Assembly: GCF_963921235.1 (NCBI RefSeq)
Contig: NC_086108.1
Coordinates: 43,092,001-43,156,000 of the forward strand
Direction: 5' to 3'
Source: Mobula hypostoma
Taxonomy: Eukaryota
DNA: 64,000 bases
Both the position numbers and the translations under genes were made by a program. Under the pieces are notes generated by a model. The model was not told where the DNA came from. It did no database searches and was given only the letters and a program-made list of their open reading frames with translations. Below are positions 1-12,000 of this stretch, piece after piece (position 1 is the stretch's first letter; every line of letters begins with the position of its first letter).

Positions 1-3000
1 CGACTAGTCTCCAGCCTCGCCTCGCCTCAAGTCTCCAGCCTCGCCTTGCCTCAAGTCTCCAGTCTCCAGCCTCGACTCTAGTCTCCAGCCTCGCCTTGCC
101 TCAAGTCTCCAGCCTGCAGCCTCGACTCTAGTCTCCAGCCTGCAGCCTCGCCTCAAGTCTACACCCTCGCCTCGACTCGCCTCGTCTCCAGCCGCGCCTT
201 GCCTCAAGTCTCCAGCCTCGCCTCAAGTCTCCAGCCTCGCCTCGCCTCAAGTCTCCAGCCTCGCCTCGCCTCTAGTCTCCAGCCTGCAACTTCGCCTCTA
301 GTCTCGTCTCCTGCCTGCAGCCTCGCCTCTAGTCTCAAGTCTCCAGCCTGCAGTCTCGCCTTTAGTCTCCAGCCTCGCCTCGCCTCGCCTCTAGTCTCCA
401 GCCTCGCCTCACCTCAAGTCTCCAGCCTCGCCTCGCTTCTAGTCACCAGTCTCCAGCCTGCAGCCTCGCCTCTAGTCTCCAGCCTCGCCTCGCCTCGCCT
501 CGTCTCCAGCCTCACCTTGCCTCGCCTCAAGTCTCCAGCCTCGCCTCGCCTCAAGTCTCCAGCCTTGCCTCGCCTCATCTTCAGCTTCGCCTCGCTTTTA
601 GTCACCAGTCTCCAGCCTGCAGCGTCGCCTCCAGTCTCCAGTCTCCAGGCTGCAGCCTCGCCTCTAGTCTCCAGCCTCGCCTCGCCTCAAGTCTCCAGCC
701 TCGCCTCGCCTCTAGTCTCCAGCCTCGCCTCGCCTCTAGTCTCCAGCCTCGCCTCTAGGCTCCAGCCTCGCCTCGCCTCTAGGCTCCAGCCTCGCCTCGC
801 CTCAAGTCTCCAGCCTCGCCTCGCCTCGCCTCAAGTCTCCAGCCTCGCCTCGCCTCAAGTCTCCAGCCTCGCCTCGCCTCTAGTCTCCAGCCTCGCCTCG
901 CCTTTAGTCTCCAGTCTCCAACCTGCAGCCTTTCCTCTAGTCTCCAGTCTCCAGCCTGCAGCCTCGCTCCTAGTCTCTAGTCTCGTCTCCAGCCTGCAGC
1001 CTTGCCTCTAGTCTCTAGTCTCCAGTCTCCATCCTTGCCTCGCCTCGCCTCTAGTCTCCAGCCTCGCCTCAAGTCTCCAGCCTCGCCTCGCCTCTAGTCT
1101 CCATCCTTGCCTCGCCTCACCTCTAGTCTCCAGCCTCGCCTCTAGTCTCCAGCCTCGCCTAGTCTCCAGCCTCGCCTCGCCTCTAGTCTCCAGCCTTGCC
1201 TCGGCTCTAGTCTCCAGCCTGCAGCCTCGCCTCTAGTCTCCCGCCTCGCCTCGCCTCTAGTCTCCAGCCTCACCTCGCCTCACCTCTAGTCTCCAGCCTC
1301 GCCTCGCCTCTAGTCTCCAGCCTCACCTCGCCTCGCCTCTAGTCTCCAGCCTCGCCTCGCCTCTAGTCTCCAGCCTCGCCTCGCCTTTAGTCTGCAGTCT
1401 CCAGCCTCGCCTCAAGTCTCAAGTCTCCAGCCTGCAGCCCCGCCTCTAGTCTCTAGTCTCGTCTCCAGCCTGCAGCCTTGCCTCGAGTCTCAAGTCTCCA
1501 GCCTGCAGTCTCGCCTTTAGTCTCCAGCCTCGCCTCACCTCAAGTCTCCAGCCTCGCCTCAAGTCTCCAGCCTCGCCTCGCTTCTAGTCACCAGTCTCCA
1601 GCCTGCAGCCTCGCCTCTAGTCTCCAGCCTCGCCTCACCTCGCCTCAAGTCTCCAGCCTCGCCTCGCCTTTAGTCTGCAGTCTCCAGCCTCGCCTCAAGT
1701 CTCAAGTCTCCAGCCTGCAGCCCCGCCTCTAGTCTCTAGTCTCGTCTCCAGCCTGCAGCCCCGCCTCTAGTCTCTAGTCTCGTCTCCAGCCTCGCCTCGC
1801 CTCTAGTCTCCAGCCTCGCCTCTAGTCTCCAGCCTTGCCTCGCCTCTAGTCTCCAGCCTGCAGCCTCGCCTCTAGTCTCCAGCCTGCAGCCTCGCCTCTA
1901 GTCTCCAGCCTGTAGCCTCGCCTCTAGTCTCCAGCCTCGCCTCGCCTCTAGTCTCCAGCCTCGCCTCGCCTCTAGTCTCCAGCCTCGCCTCGCCTCAAGT
2001 CTCCAGCCTCGCCTCGCCTCTAGTCTCCAGCCTCGCCTCGCCTTTAGTCTCCAGTCTCCAACCTGCAGCCTCTCCTCTAGTCTCCAGTCTCCAGCCTGCA
2101 GCCTCGCTCCTAGTCTCTAGTCTCGTCTCCAGTCTCCAGCCTGCAGCCTTCCCTCTAGTCTCCATCCTTGCCTCGCCTCGCCTCTAGTCTCCAGCCTCGC
2201 CTCAAGTCTCCAGCCTCGCCTCGCCTCTAGCCTCTAGTCTCCAGCCTTGCATCGCCTCTACCTCCAGTCTCCAGCCTCGCCTCTAGTCTCCAGCCTCGCC
2301 TCGCCTCTAGTCTCCTGCCTCGCCTCGCCTCAAGTCTCCTGCCTCACCTCGCCTCAAGTCTCCAGCCTCGCCTCGCCTCGCCTCAAGTCTCCAGCCTCGC
2401 CTCGACTAGTCTCCAGCCTCGCCTTGCCTCAACTCTCCTGCCTCGCCTCAAGTCTCCAGCCTCGCCTCGCCTCGCCTAAAGTCTCCAGCCTCGCCTCGAC
2501 TAGTCTCCAGCCTCGCCTCGCCTCAAGTCTCCAGCCTCGCCATGCCTCAAGTCTGCAGTCTCCAGCCTCGACTCTAGTCTCCAGCCTGCAGCCTCGCCTC
2601 AAGTCTCCACCCTCGCCTCGACTCGCCTCGTCTCCAGCCTCGCCTTGCCTCGTCTCCAGCCTGCAGCCTCGACTCTAGTCTCCAGCCTGCAGCCTCGCCT
2701 CAAGTCTCCACCCTCGCCTCGACTCGCCTCGTCTCCAGCCTCGCCTTGCCTCGTCTCCAGCCTCGCCTCGCCTCAAGTCTCCAGCCTCGCCTCAAGTCTC
2801 CAGCCTCGCCTCAAGTCTCCAGCCTCGCCGCGCCTCATCTTCAGCATCGCCTCGCTTTTAGTCACCAGTCTCCAGCCTGCAACGTCGCCTCTAGTCTCCA
2901 GTCTCCAGCCTGCAGCCTCGCCTCTAGTCTCGTCTCCAGCCTGCAGCCTCGCCTCTAGTCTCCAGCTTCGCCTCACCTCGCCTCATCTCGTCTCCAGCCT

Positions 3001-6000
3001 CACCTTGCCTCGCCTCAAGTCTCCAGCCTCGCCTCGCCTCAAGTCTCCAGCCTCGCTCGCCTCATCTTCAACTTCGCCTCGCTTTTAGTCACCAGTCTCC
3101 AGCCTGCAGCGTCGCCTCCAGTCTCCAGTCTCCAGGCTGCAGCCTCGCCTCTAGTCTCCAGCCTCGCCTCGCCTCGCCTCGCCTCAAGTCTCCAGCCTCG
3201 CCTCGCCTCTAGCCTCGCCTCGCCTCAAGTCTCCAGTCTCGCCTCGCCTCTAGTCTCCAGCCTCGCCTCACCTCTAGGCTCCAGCCTCGCCTCGCCTCTA
3301 GTCTCCAGCCTCGGCTCGCCTCTAGGCTCCAGCCTCGCCTCACCTCAAGTCTCCAGCCTCGCCTCGCCTCGCCTCGCCTCTAGTCTCCAGCCTCGCCTCG
3401 CCTCTAGTCTCCAGCCTCGCCTCGCCTCAAGTCTCCAGCCTCGCCTCGCCTTTAGTCTCCAGTCTCCAACCTGCAGCCTTTCCTCTAGTCTCCAGTCTCC
3501 AGCCTGCAGCCTCGCTCACAGTCTCTAGTCTCGTCTCCAGCCTGCAGCCTTGCCTCTAGTCTCTAGTCTCCAGTCTCCATCCTTGCCTCGCCTCGCCTCT
3601 AGTCTCCAGCCTCGCCTCTAGTCTCCAGCCTCGCCTCGCCTCTAGTCTCCCTCGCCTCTAGTCTCCATCCTTGCCTCGCCTCACCTCTAGTCTCCAGCCT
3701 CGCCTCTAGTCTCCAGCCTCGCCTCGCCTCTAGCCTCTAGTCTCCAGCCTTGCCTCGCCTCTAGTCTCCAGCCTGCAGCCTCGCCTCTAGTCTCCAGCCT
3801 CGCCTCGCCTCTAGTCTCCAGCCTCGCCTCGCTTCAAGTCTCCCGCCTCGCCTCTAGTCTCCAGCCTCACCTCGCCTCGCCTCTAGTCTCCAGCCTCGCC
3901 TCGCCTCTAGTCTCCAGCCTCGCCTCGCCTCTAGTCTCCAGCCTTGCCTCGCCTCTAGTCTCCATCCTTGCCTCGCCTCACCTCGTCTCCAGCCTCGCCT
4001 CTAGTCTCCAGCCTCGCCTCGCCTCTAGTCTCCAGCCTCACCTCGCCTCACCTCTAGTCTCCAGCCTCGCCTCGCCTCTAGTCTCCAGCCTGCACCTCGC
4101 CTCGCCTCAAGTCTCCAGCCTCGCCTCGCCTCAAGTCTCCAGCCTCACCTCGCCTCTAGTCTCCAGCCTGCAACTTCGCCTCTAGTCTCGTCTCCTGCCT
4201 GCAGCCTCGCCTCTAGTCTCAAGTCTCCAGCCTGCAGTCTCGCCTCTAGTCTCCAGCCTCGCCGCCTCTAGCCTCTAGTCTCCAGCCTCGCCTCTAGTCT
4301 CCAGCCTTGCCTCGCCTCTAGTCTCCAGCCTGCAGCCTCGCCTCTAGTCTTCAGCCTTGCCTCGCCTCTAGTCTCCAGCCTGCAGCCTCGTCTCTAGTCT
4401 CCAGCCTCGCCTCGCCTCTAGTCTCCAGCCTCACCTCGCCTGGCCTCAAGTCTCCAGCCTCGCCTCGCCTCAAGTCTCCAGCCTCGCCTCGCCTCTAGTC
4501 TCCAGCCTGCAACTTCGCCTCTAGTCTCGTCTCCTGCCTGCAGCCTCGCCTCTAGTCTCAAGTCTCCAGCCTGCAGTCTCGCCTTTAGTCTCCAGCCTCG
4601 CCTCGCCTCGCCTTTAGTCTCCAGCCTCGCCTCACCTCAAGTCTCCAGCCTCGCCTCAAGTCTCCAGCCTCGCCTCGCTTCTAGTCACCAGTCTCCAGCC
4701 TGCAGCCCCGCCTCTAGTCTCTAGTCTCGTCTCCAGCCTGCAGCCTTGCCTCTAGTCTCTAGTCTCAAGTCTCCAGCCTGCAGCCCCGCCTCTCGTCTCT
4801 GGTCTCGTCTCCAGCCTGCAGCCTTGCCTCTAGTCTCCAGTCTCCAGCCTCGCCTCGCCTCAAGTCTCCAGTCTCGCCTTGCCTCTAGTCTCCAGCCTCG
4901 CCTCTAGTCTCCAGCCTTGCCTCGCCTCTAGTCTCCAGCCTGCAGCCTCGCCTCTAGTCTCCAGCCTGTAGCCTCGCCTCTAGTCTCCAGCCTCGCCTCG
5001 CCTCTAGTCTCCAGCCTCGCCTCGCCTCTAGTCTCCAGCCTCACCTCGCCTCGCCTCATCTCCAGCCTCGCCTCGCCTCATCTTCAGCTTCGCCTCGCTT
5101 TTAGTCACCAGTCTCCAGCCTGCAGCGTCGCCTCCAGTCTCCAGTCTCCAGGCTGCAGCCTCGCCTCTAGTCTCCAGCCTCGCCTCGCCTCAAGTCTCCA
5201 GCCTCGCCTCGCCTCTAGTCTCCAGCCTCGCCTCTAGGCTCCAGCCTCGCCTCGCCTCTAGGCTCCAGCCTCGCCTCGCCTCAAGTCTCCAGCCTCGCCT
5301 CGCCTCTAGTCTCCAGCCTCGCCTCTAGTCTCCAGCCTCGCCTCGCCTCGCCTCAAGTCTCCCGCCTCGCCTCGCCTCAAGCCTCTAGTCTCCAGCCTCG
5401 CCTCTAGTCTCCAGCCTCGCCTCGCCTCGCCTTTAGTCTCCAGCCTCGCCTCACCTCAAGTCTCCAGCCTCGCCTCAAGTCTCCAGCCTCGCCTCGCTTC
5501 TAGTCACCAGTCTCCAGCCTCAGTCTCCAACCTGCAGCCTTTCCTCTAGTCTCCAGTCTCCAGCCTGCAGCCTCGCCTCTAGTCTCTAGTCTCGTCTCCA
5601 GCCTGCAGCCTTGCCTCTAGTCTCTAGTCTCCAGTCTCCAGCCTCGCCTCGCCTCAAGTCTCCAGTCTCGCCTTGCCTCTAGTCTCCAGCCTCGCCTCTA
5701 GTCTCCAGCCTTGCCTCGCCTCTAGTCTCCATACTTGCCTCGCCTCACCTCTAGTCTCCAGCCTCGCCTCTAGTCTCCAGCCTTGCCTCGCCTCTAGTCT
5801 CCAGCCTGCAGCCTCGCCTCTAGTCTCCAGCCTGCAGCCTCACCTCAAGCCTCCAGCCTGCAGCCCCGCCTCTACTCTCAAGTCTCCAGTCTCCAGCCTG
5901 CAACCTTGGCTCTAGTCTCCAGCCTCACCTCACCTCGCCTCTAGTCTCCAGCCTCGCCTCGCCTCAAGTCTCCAACCTCGCCTCGCCTCAAGTCTCCAGC

Positions 6001-9000
6001 CTCACCTCGCCTCAAGTCTCCAGCCTCGCCTCGCCTCAAGTCTCCAGCCTCGCCTCGCCTCGCCTCGTCTCCAGCCTCGCCTCGACTAGTCTCCAGCCTC
6101 GCCTCGCCTCAAGACTCCAGCCTCGCCTTGCCTCAACTCTCCTGCCTCGCCTCGCCTCAAGTCTCCAGCCTCGCCTTGCCTCAAGTCTCCAGCCTGCAGC
6201 CTCGACTCTAGTCTCCAGCCTGCAGCCTCGCCTCAAGTCTCCACCCTCGCCTCGACTCGCCTCGTCTCCAGCCTCGCATTGCCTCGTCTCCAGCCTCGCC
6301 TCGCCTCACCTCAAGTCTCCAGCCTCGCCTCAAGTCTCCAGCCTCGCCTCGCCTCATCTTCAGCATCGCCTCGCTTTTAGTCACCAGTCTCCAGCCTGCA
6401 GCGTCGCCTCTAGTCTCCAGTCTCCAGCCTGCAGCCTCGCCTCTAGTCTCCAGCCTCGCCTCGTCTCGCCTCGTCTCGTCTCCAGCCTCACCTTGCCTCG
6501 CCTCAAGTCTCCAGCCTCGCCTCATCTTCAGCTTCGCCTCGCTTTTAGTCACCAGTCTCCAGCCTGCAGCGTCGCCTCCAGTCTCCAGGCTGCAGCCTCG
6601 CCTCTAGTCTCCAGCCTCGCCTCGCCTCAAGTCTCCAGCCTCGCCTCGCCTCTAGTCTCCAGCCTCGCCTCGCCTCTAGTCTCCAGCCTCGCCTCGCCTC
6701 TAGGCTCCAGCCTCGCCTCGCCTCTAGGCTCCAGCCTCGCCTCGCCTCTAGTCTCCAGCCTCGCCTCGCCTCTAGTCTCCAGCCTCGCCTCGCCTCAAGT
6801 CTCCAGCCTCGCCTCTAGTCTCCAGCCTCGCCTCGCCTCAAGTCTCCCGCCTCGCCTCGCCTCAAGTCTCCAGCCTCGCCTCGCCTCTAGTCTCCAGCCT
6901 CGCCTCGCCTTTAGTCTCCAGTCTCCAACCTGCAGCCTTTCCTCTAGTCTCCAGTCTCCAGCCTGCAGCCTCGCTCCTAGTCTCTAGTCTCGTCTCCATC
7001 CTGCAGCCTTGCCTCTAGTCTCTAGTCTCCAGTCTCCATCCTTGCCTCGCCTCGCCTCTAGTCTCCAGCCTCGCCTCAAGTCACCAGCCTCGCCTCGCCT
7101 CTAGTCTCCATACTTGCCTCGCCTCACCTCTAGTCTCCAGCCTCGCCTCTAGTCTCCAGCCTCGCCTCGACTCCAGCCTCGCCACGCCTCTAGCCTCTAG
7201 TCTCCAGCCTTGCCTCGCCTCTAGTCTCCAGCCTGCAGCCTCGCCTCTAGTCTCCCGCCTCGCCTCGCCTCTAGTCTCCAGCCTCACCTCGCCTCACCTC
7301 TAGTCTCCAGCCTCGCCTCGCCTCTAGTCTCCAGCCTCACCTCGCCTGGCCTCAAGTCTCCAGCCTCGCCTCGCCTCAAGTCTCCAGCCTCACCTCGCCT
7401 CTAGTCTCCAGCCTGCAACTTCGCCTCTAGTCTCCAGCCTTGCCTCGCCTCTAGTCTCCTGCCTGCAGCCTCGCCTCTAGTCTCAAGTCTCCAGCCTGCA
7501 GTCTCGCCTTTAGTCTCCAGCCTCGCCTCGCCTCTAGTCTCCAGCCTCGCCTCACCTCAAGTCTCCAGCCTCGCCTCGCTTCTAGTCACCAGTCTCCAGC
7601 CTGCAGCCTTGCCTCTAGTCTCCAGCCTCGCCTCACCTCGCCTCAAGTCTCCAGCCTCGCCTCGCCTTTAGTCTGCAGTCTCCAGCCTCGCCTCAAGTCT
7701 CAAGTCTCCAGCCTGCAGCCCCGCCTCTAGTCTCTAGTCTCGTCTCCAGCCTGCAGCCTTGCCTCTAGTCTCTAGTCTCCAGTCTCCAGCCTCGCCTCGC
7801 CTCTAGTCTCCAGCCTCGCCTCTAGTCTCCAGCCTTGCCTCGCCTCTAGTCTCCAGCCTGCAGCCTCGCCTCTAGTCTCCAGCCTGCAGCCTCGCCTCTA
7901 GTCTCCAGCCTGTAGCCTCGCCTCTAGTCTCCAGCCTCGCCTCGCCTCTAGTCTCCAGCCTCGCCTCGCCTCAAGTCTCCAGCCTCGCCTCGCCTCTAGT
8001 CTCCAGCCTCGCCTCGCCTTTAGTCTCCAGTCTCCAACCTGCAGCCTCTCCTCTAGTCTCCAGTCTCCAGCCTGCAGCCTCGCTCCTAATCTCTAGTCTC
8101 GTCTCCAGTCTCCAGCCTGCAGCCTTCCCTCTAGTCTCCATCCTTGCCTCGCCTCGCCTCTAGTCTCCAGCCTCGCCTCAAGTCTCCAGCCTCGCCTCGC
8201 CTCGTCTCCATCCTTGCCTCGCCTCACCTCTAGTCTCCAGCCTCGCCTCGTCTCCAGCCTCGCCTCGCCTCTAGTCTCCTGCCTCGCCTCGCCTCTAGTC
8301 TCCTGCCTCGCCTCGCCTCAACTCTCCTGCCTCGCCTCGCCTCAAGTCTCCAGCCTCGCCTCGCCTCGCCTCGTCTCCAGCCTCGCCTCGACTAGTCTCC
8401 AGCCTCTCCTCGCCTCAAGACTCCAGCCTCGCCTTGCCTCAACTCTCCTGCCTCGCCTCGCCTCAAGTCTCCAGCCTCGCCTTGCCTCAAGTCTCCAGCC
8501 TGCAGCCTCGACTCTAGTCTCCACCCTCGCCTCGACTCGCCTCGTCTCCAGCCTCGCATTGCCTCGTCTCCAGCCTCGCCTCGCCTCACCTCAAGTCTCC
8601 AGCCTCGCCTCAAGTCTCCAGCCTCGCCTCGCCTCATCTTCAGCATCGCCTCGCTTTTAGTCACCAGTCTCCAGCCTGCAGCGTCGCCTCTAGTCTCCAG
8701 TCTCCAGCCTGCAGCGTCGCCTCTAGTCTCGTCTCCAGCCTGCAGCCTCGCCTCTAGTCTCCAGCCTCGCCTCGTCTCGCCTCGTCTCGTCTCCAGCCTC
8801 ACCTTGCCTCGCCTCAAGTCTCCAGCCTCGCCTCATCTTCAGCTTCGCCTCGCTTTTAGTCACCAGTCTCCAGCCTGCAGCGTCGCCTCCAGTCTCCAGG
8901 CTGCAGCCTCGCCTCTAGTCTCCAGCCTCGCCTCGCCTCAAGTCTCCAGCCTCGCCTCGCCTCTAGTCTCCAGCCTCGCCTCGCCTCTAGGTCCAGCCTC

Positions 9001-12000
9001 GCCTCGCCTCTAGGTCCAGCCTCGCCTCGCCTCTAGTCTCCAGTCTCGCCTCGCCTCTAGGCTCCAGCCTCGCCTCGCCTCAAGTCTCCAGCCTCGCCTC
9101 TAGTCTCCAGCCTCGCCTCGCCTCAAGTCTCCCGCCTCGCCTCAAGTCTCCAGCCTCGCCTCGCCTCTAGTCTCCAGCCTCGCCTCGCCTTTAGTCTCCA
9201 GTCTCCAACCTGCAGCCTTTCCTCTAGTCTCCAGCCTGCAGCCTCGCTCCTAGTCTCTAGTCTCGTCTCCAGCCTGCAGCCTTGCCTCTAGTCTCTAGTC
9301 TCCAGTCTCCATCCTTGCCTCGCCTCGCCTCTAGTCTCCAGCCTCGCCTCTAGTCTCCAGCCTCGCCTCGCCTCTAGTCTCCATCCTTGCCTCGCCTCAC
9401 CTCTAGTCTCCAGCCTCGCCTCTAGTCTCCAGCCTCGCCTCGTCTCCAGCCTCGCCACGCCTCTAGCCTCTAGTCTCCAGCCTTGCCTCGCCTCTAGTCT
9501 CCAGCCTGCAGCCTCGCCTCTAGTCTCCAGCCTCGCCTCGCTTCAAGTCTCCCGCCTCGCCTCGCCTCTAGTCTCCAGCCTCACCTCGCCTCGCCTCTAT
9601 TCTCCAGCCTCGCCTCGCCTCTAGTCTCCAGCCTCGCCTCGCCTCTAGTCTCCAGCCTCGCCTCGCCTCTAGTCTCCAGCCTTGCCTCGCCTCTAGTCTC
9701 CAGTCTGCAGCCTCACCTCTAGTCTTCAGCCTTGCCTCACCTCTAGTCTCCAGCCTGCAGCCTCGTCTCTAGTCTCCAGCCTCGCCTCGCCTCTAGTCTC
9801 CAGCCTCACCTCACCTGGCCTCAAGTCTCCAGCCTCGCCTCGCCTCAAGTCTCCAGCCTCGCCTCGCCTCTAGTCTCCAGCCTGCAACTTCGCCTCCAGT
9901 CTCGTCTCCTGCCTGCAGCCTCGCCTCTAGTCTCAAGTCTCCAGCCTGCAGTCTCGCCTTTAATCTCCAGCCTCGCCTCGCCTCGCCTTTAGTCTCCAGC
10001 CTCGCCTCACCTCAAGTCTCCAGCCTCGCCTCAAGTCTCCAGCCTCGCCTCGCTTCTAGTCACCAGTCTCCAGCCTGCAGCCCCGCCTCTAGTCTCTAGT
10101 CTCGTCTCCAGCCTGCAGCCTTGCCTCTAGTCTCTAGTCTCAAGTCTCCAGCCTGCAGCCCCGCCTCTCGTCTCTGGTCTCGTCTCCAGCCTGCAGCCTT
10201 GCCTCTAGTCTCCAGTCTCCAGCCTCGCCTCGCCTCAAGTCTCCAGTCTCGCCTTGCCTCTAGTCTCCAGCCTCGCCTCTAGTCTCCAGCCTTGCCTCGC
10301 CTCTAGTCTCCAGCCTGCAGCCTCGCCTCTAGTCTCCAGCCTGTAGCCTCGCCTCTAGTCTCCAGCCTTGCCTCGCCTCTAGTCTCCAGCCTCGCCTCGC
10401 CTCTAGTCTCCAGCCTCACCTCGCCTCGCCTCTATTCTCCAGCCTCGCCTCGCCTCTATTCTCCAGCCTCGCCTCGCCTCTAGTCTCCAGCCTCGCCTCG
10501 CCTCTAGTCTCCAGCCTTGCCTCGCCTCTAGTCTCCAGCCTGCAGCCTCGCCTCTAGTCTTCAGCCTTGCCTCACCTCCAGTCTCCAGCCTGCAGCCTCG
10601 TCTCTAGTCTCCAGCCTCGCCTCGCCTCTAGTCTCCAGCCTCACCTCGCCTGGCCTCAAGTCTCCAGCCTCGCCTCGCCTCAAGTCTCCAGCCTCGCCTC
10701 GCCTCTAGTCTCCAGCCTGCAACTTCGCCTCTAGTCTCGTCTCCTGCCTGCAGCCTCGCCTCTAGTCTCAAGTCTCCAGCCTGCAGTCTCGCCTTTAATC
10801 TCCAGCCTCGCCTCGCCTCGCCTTTAGTCTCCAGCCTCGCCTCACCTCAAGTCTCCAGCCTCGCCTCAAGTCTCCAGCCTCGCCTCGCTTCTAGTCACCA
10901 GTCTCCAGCCTGCAGCCCCGCCTCTAGTCTCTAGTCTCGTCTCCAGCCTGCAGCCTTGCCTCTTGTCTCTAGTCTCAAGTCTCCAGCCTGCAGCCCCGCC
11001 TCTAGTCTCTGGTCTCGTCTCCAGCCTGCAGCCTTGCCTCTAGTCTCTAGTCTCCAGTCTCCAGCCTCGCCTCGCCTCAAGTCTCCAGTCTCGCCTTGCC
11101 TCTAGTCTCCAGCCTCGCCTCTAGTCTCCAGCCTTGCCTCGCCTCTAGTCTCCAGCCTGCAGCCTCGCCTCTAGTCTCCAGCCTGTAGCCTCGCCTCTAG
11201 TCTCCAGCCTTGCCTCGCCTCTAGTCTCCAGCCTCGCCTCGCCTCAAGTCTCCAGCCTCGCCTCGCCTCTAGTCTCCAGCCTCGCCTCGCCTTTAGTCTC
11301 CAGTCTCCAACCTGCAGCGTCTCCTCTAGTCTCCAGTCTCCAGCCTGCAGCCTCGCTCCTAGTCTCTAGTCTCGTCTCCAGTCTCCAGCCTGCAGCCTTC
11401 CCTCTAGTCTCCATCCTTGCCTCGCCTCGCCTCTAGTCTCCAGCCTCGCCTCAAGTCTCCAGCCTCGCCTCGCCTCCATCCTTGCCTCGCCTCACCTCTA
11501 GTCTCCAGCCTCGCCTCGCCTCTAGCCTCTAGTCTCCAGCCTTGCATCGCCTCTAGTCTCCAGCCTGCAGCCTCGCCTCTAGTCTCCAGCAACGCCTCGC
11601 CTCTAGTCTCCTGCCTCGCCTCACCTCAACTCTCCTGCCTCGCCTCCCCTCAAGTCTCCAGCCTCGCCTCGCCTCGCCTCAAGTCTCCAGCCTCGCCTCG
11701 ACTAGTCTCCAGCCTCGCCTTGCCTCAACTCTCCTGCCTCGCCTCGCCTCAAGTCTCCAGCCTCGCCTCGCCTCGCCTCAAGTCTCCAGCCTCGCCTCGA
11801 CTAGTCTCCAGCCTCGCCTCGCCTCGTCTCCAGCCTCGCCTTGCCTCAAGTCTGCAGTCTCCAGCCTCGACTCTAGTCTCCAGCCTGCAGCCTCGCCTCA
11901 AGTCTCCACCCTCGCCTCGACTCGCCTCGTCTCCAGCCTCGCCTTGCCTTGTCTCCAGCCTCGCCTCGCCTCAAGTCTCCAGCCTCGCCTCGCCTCAAGT

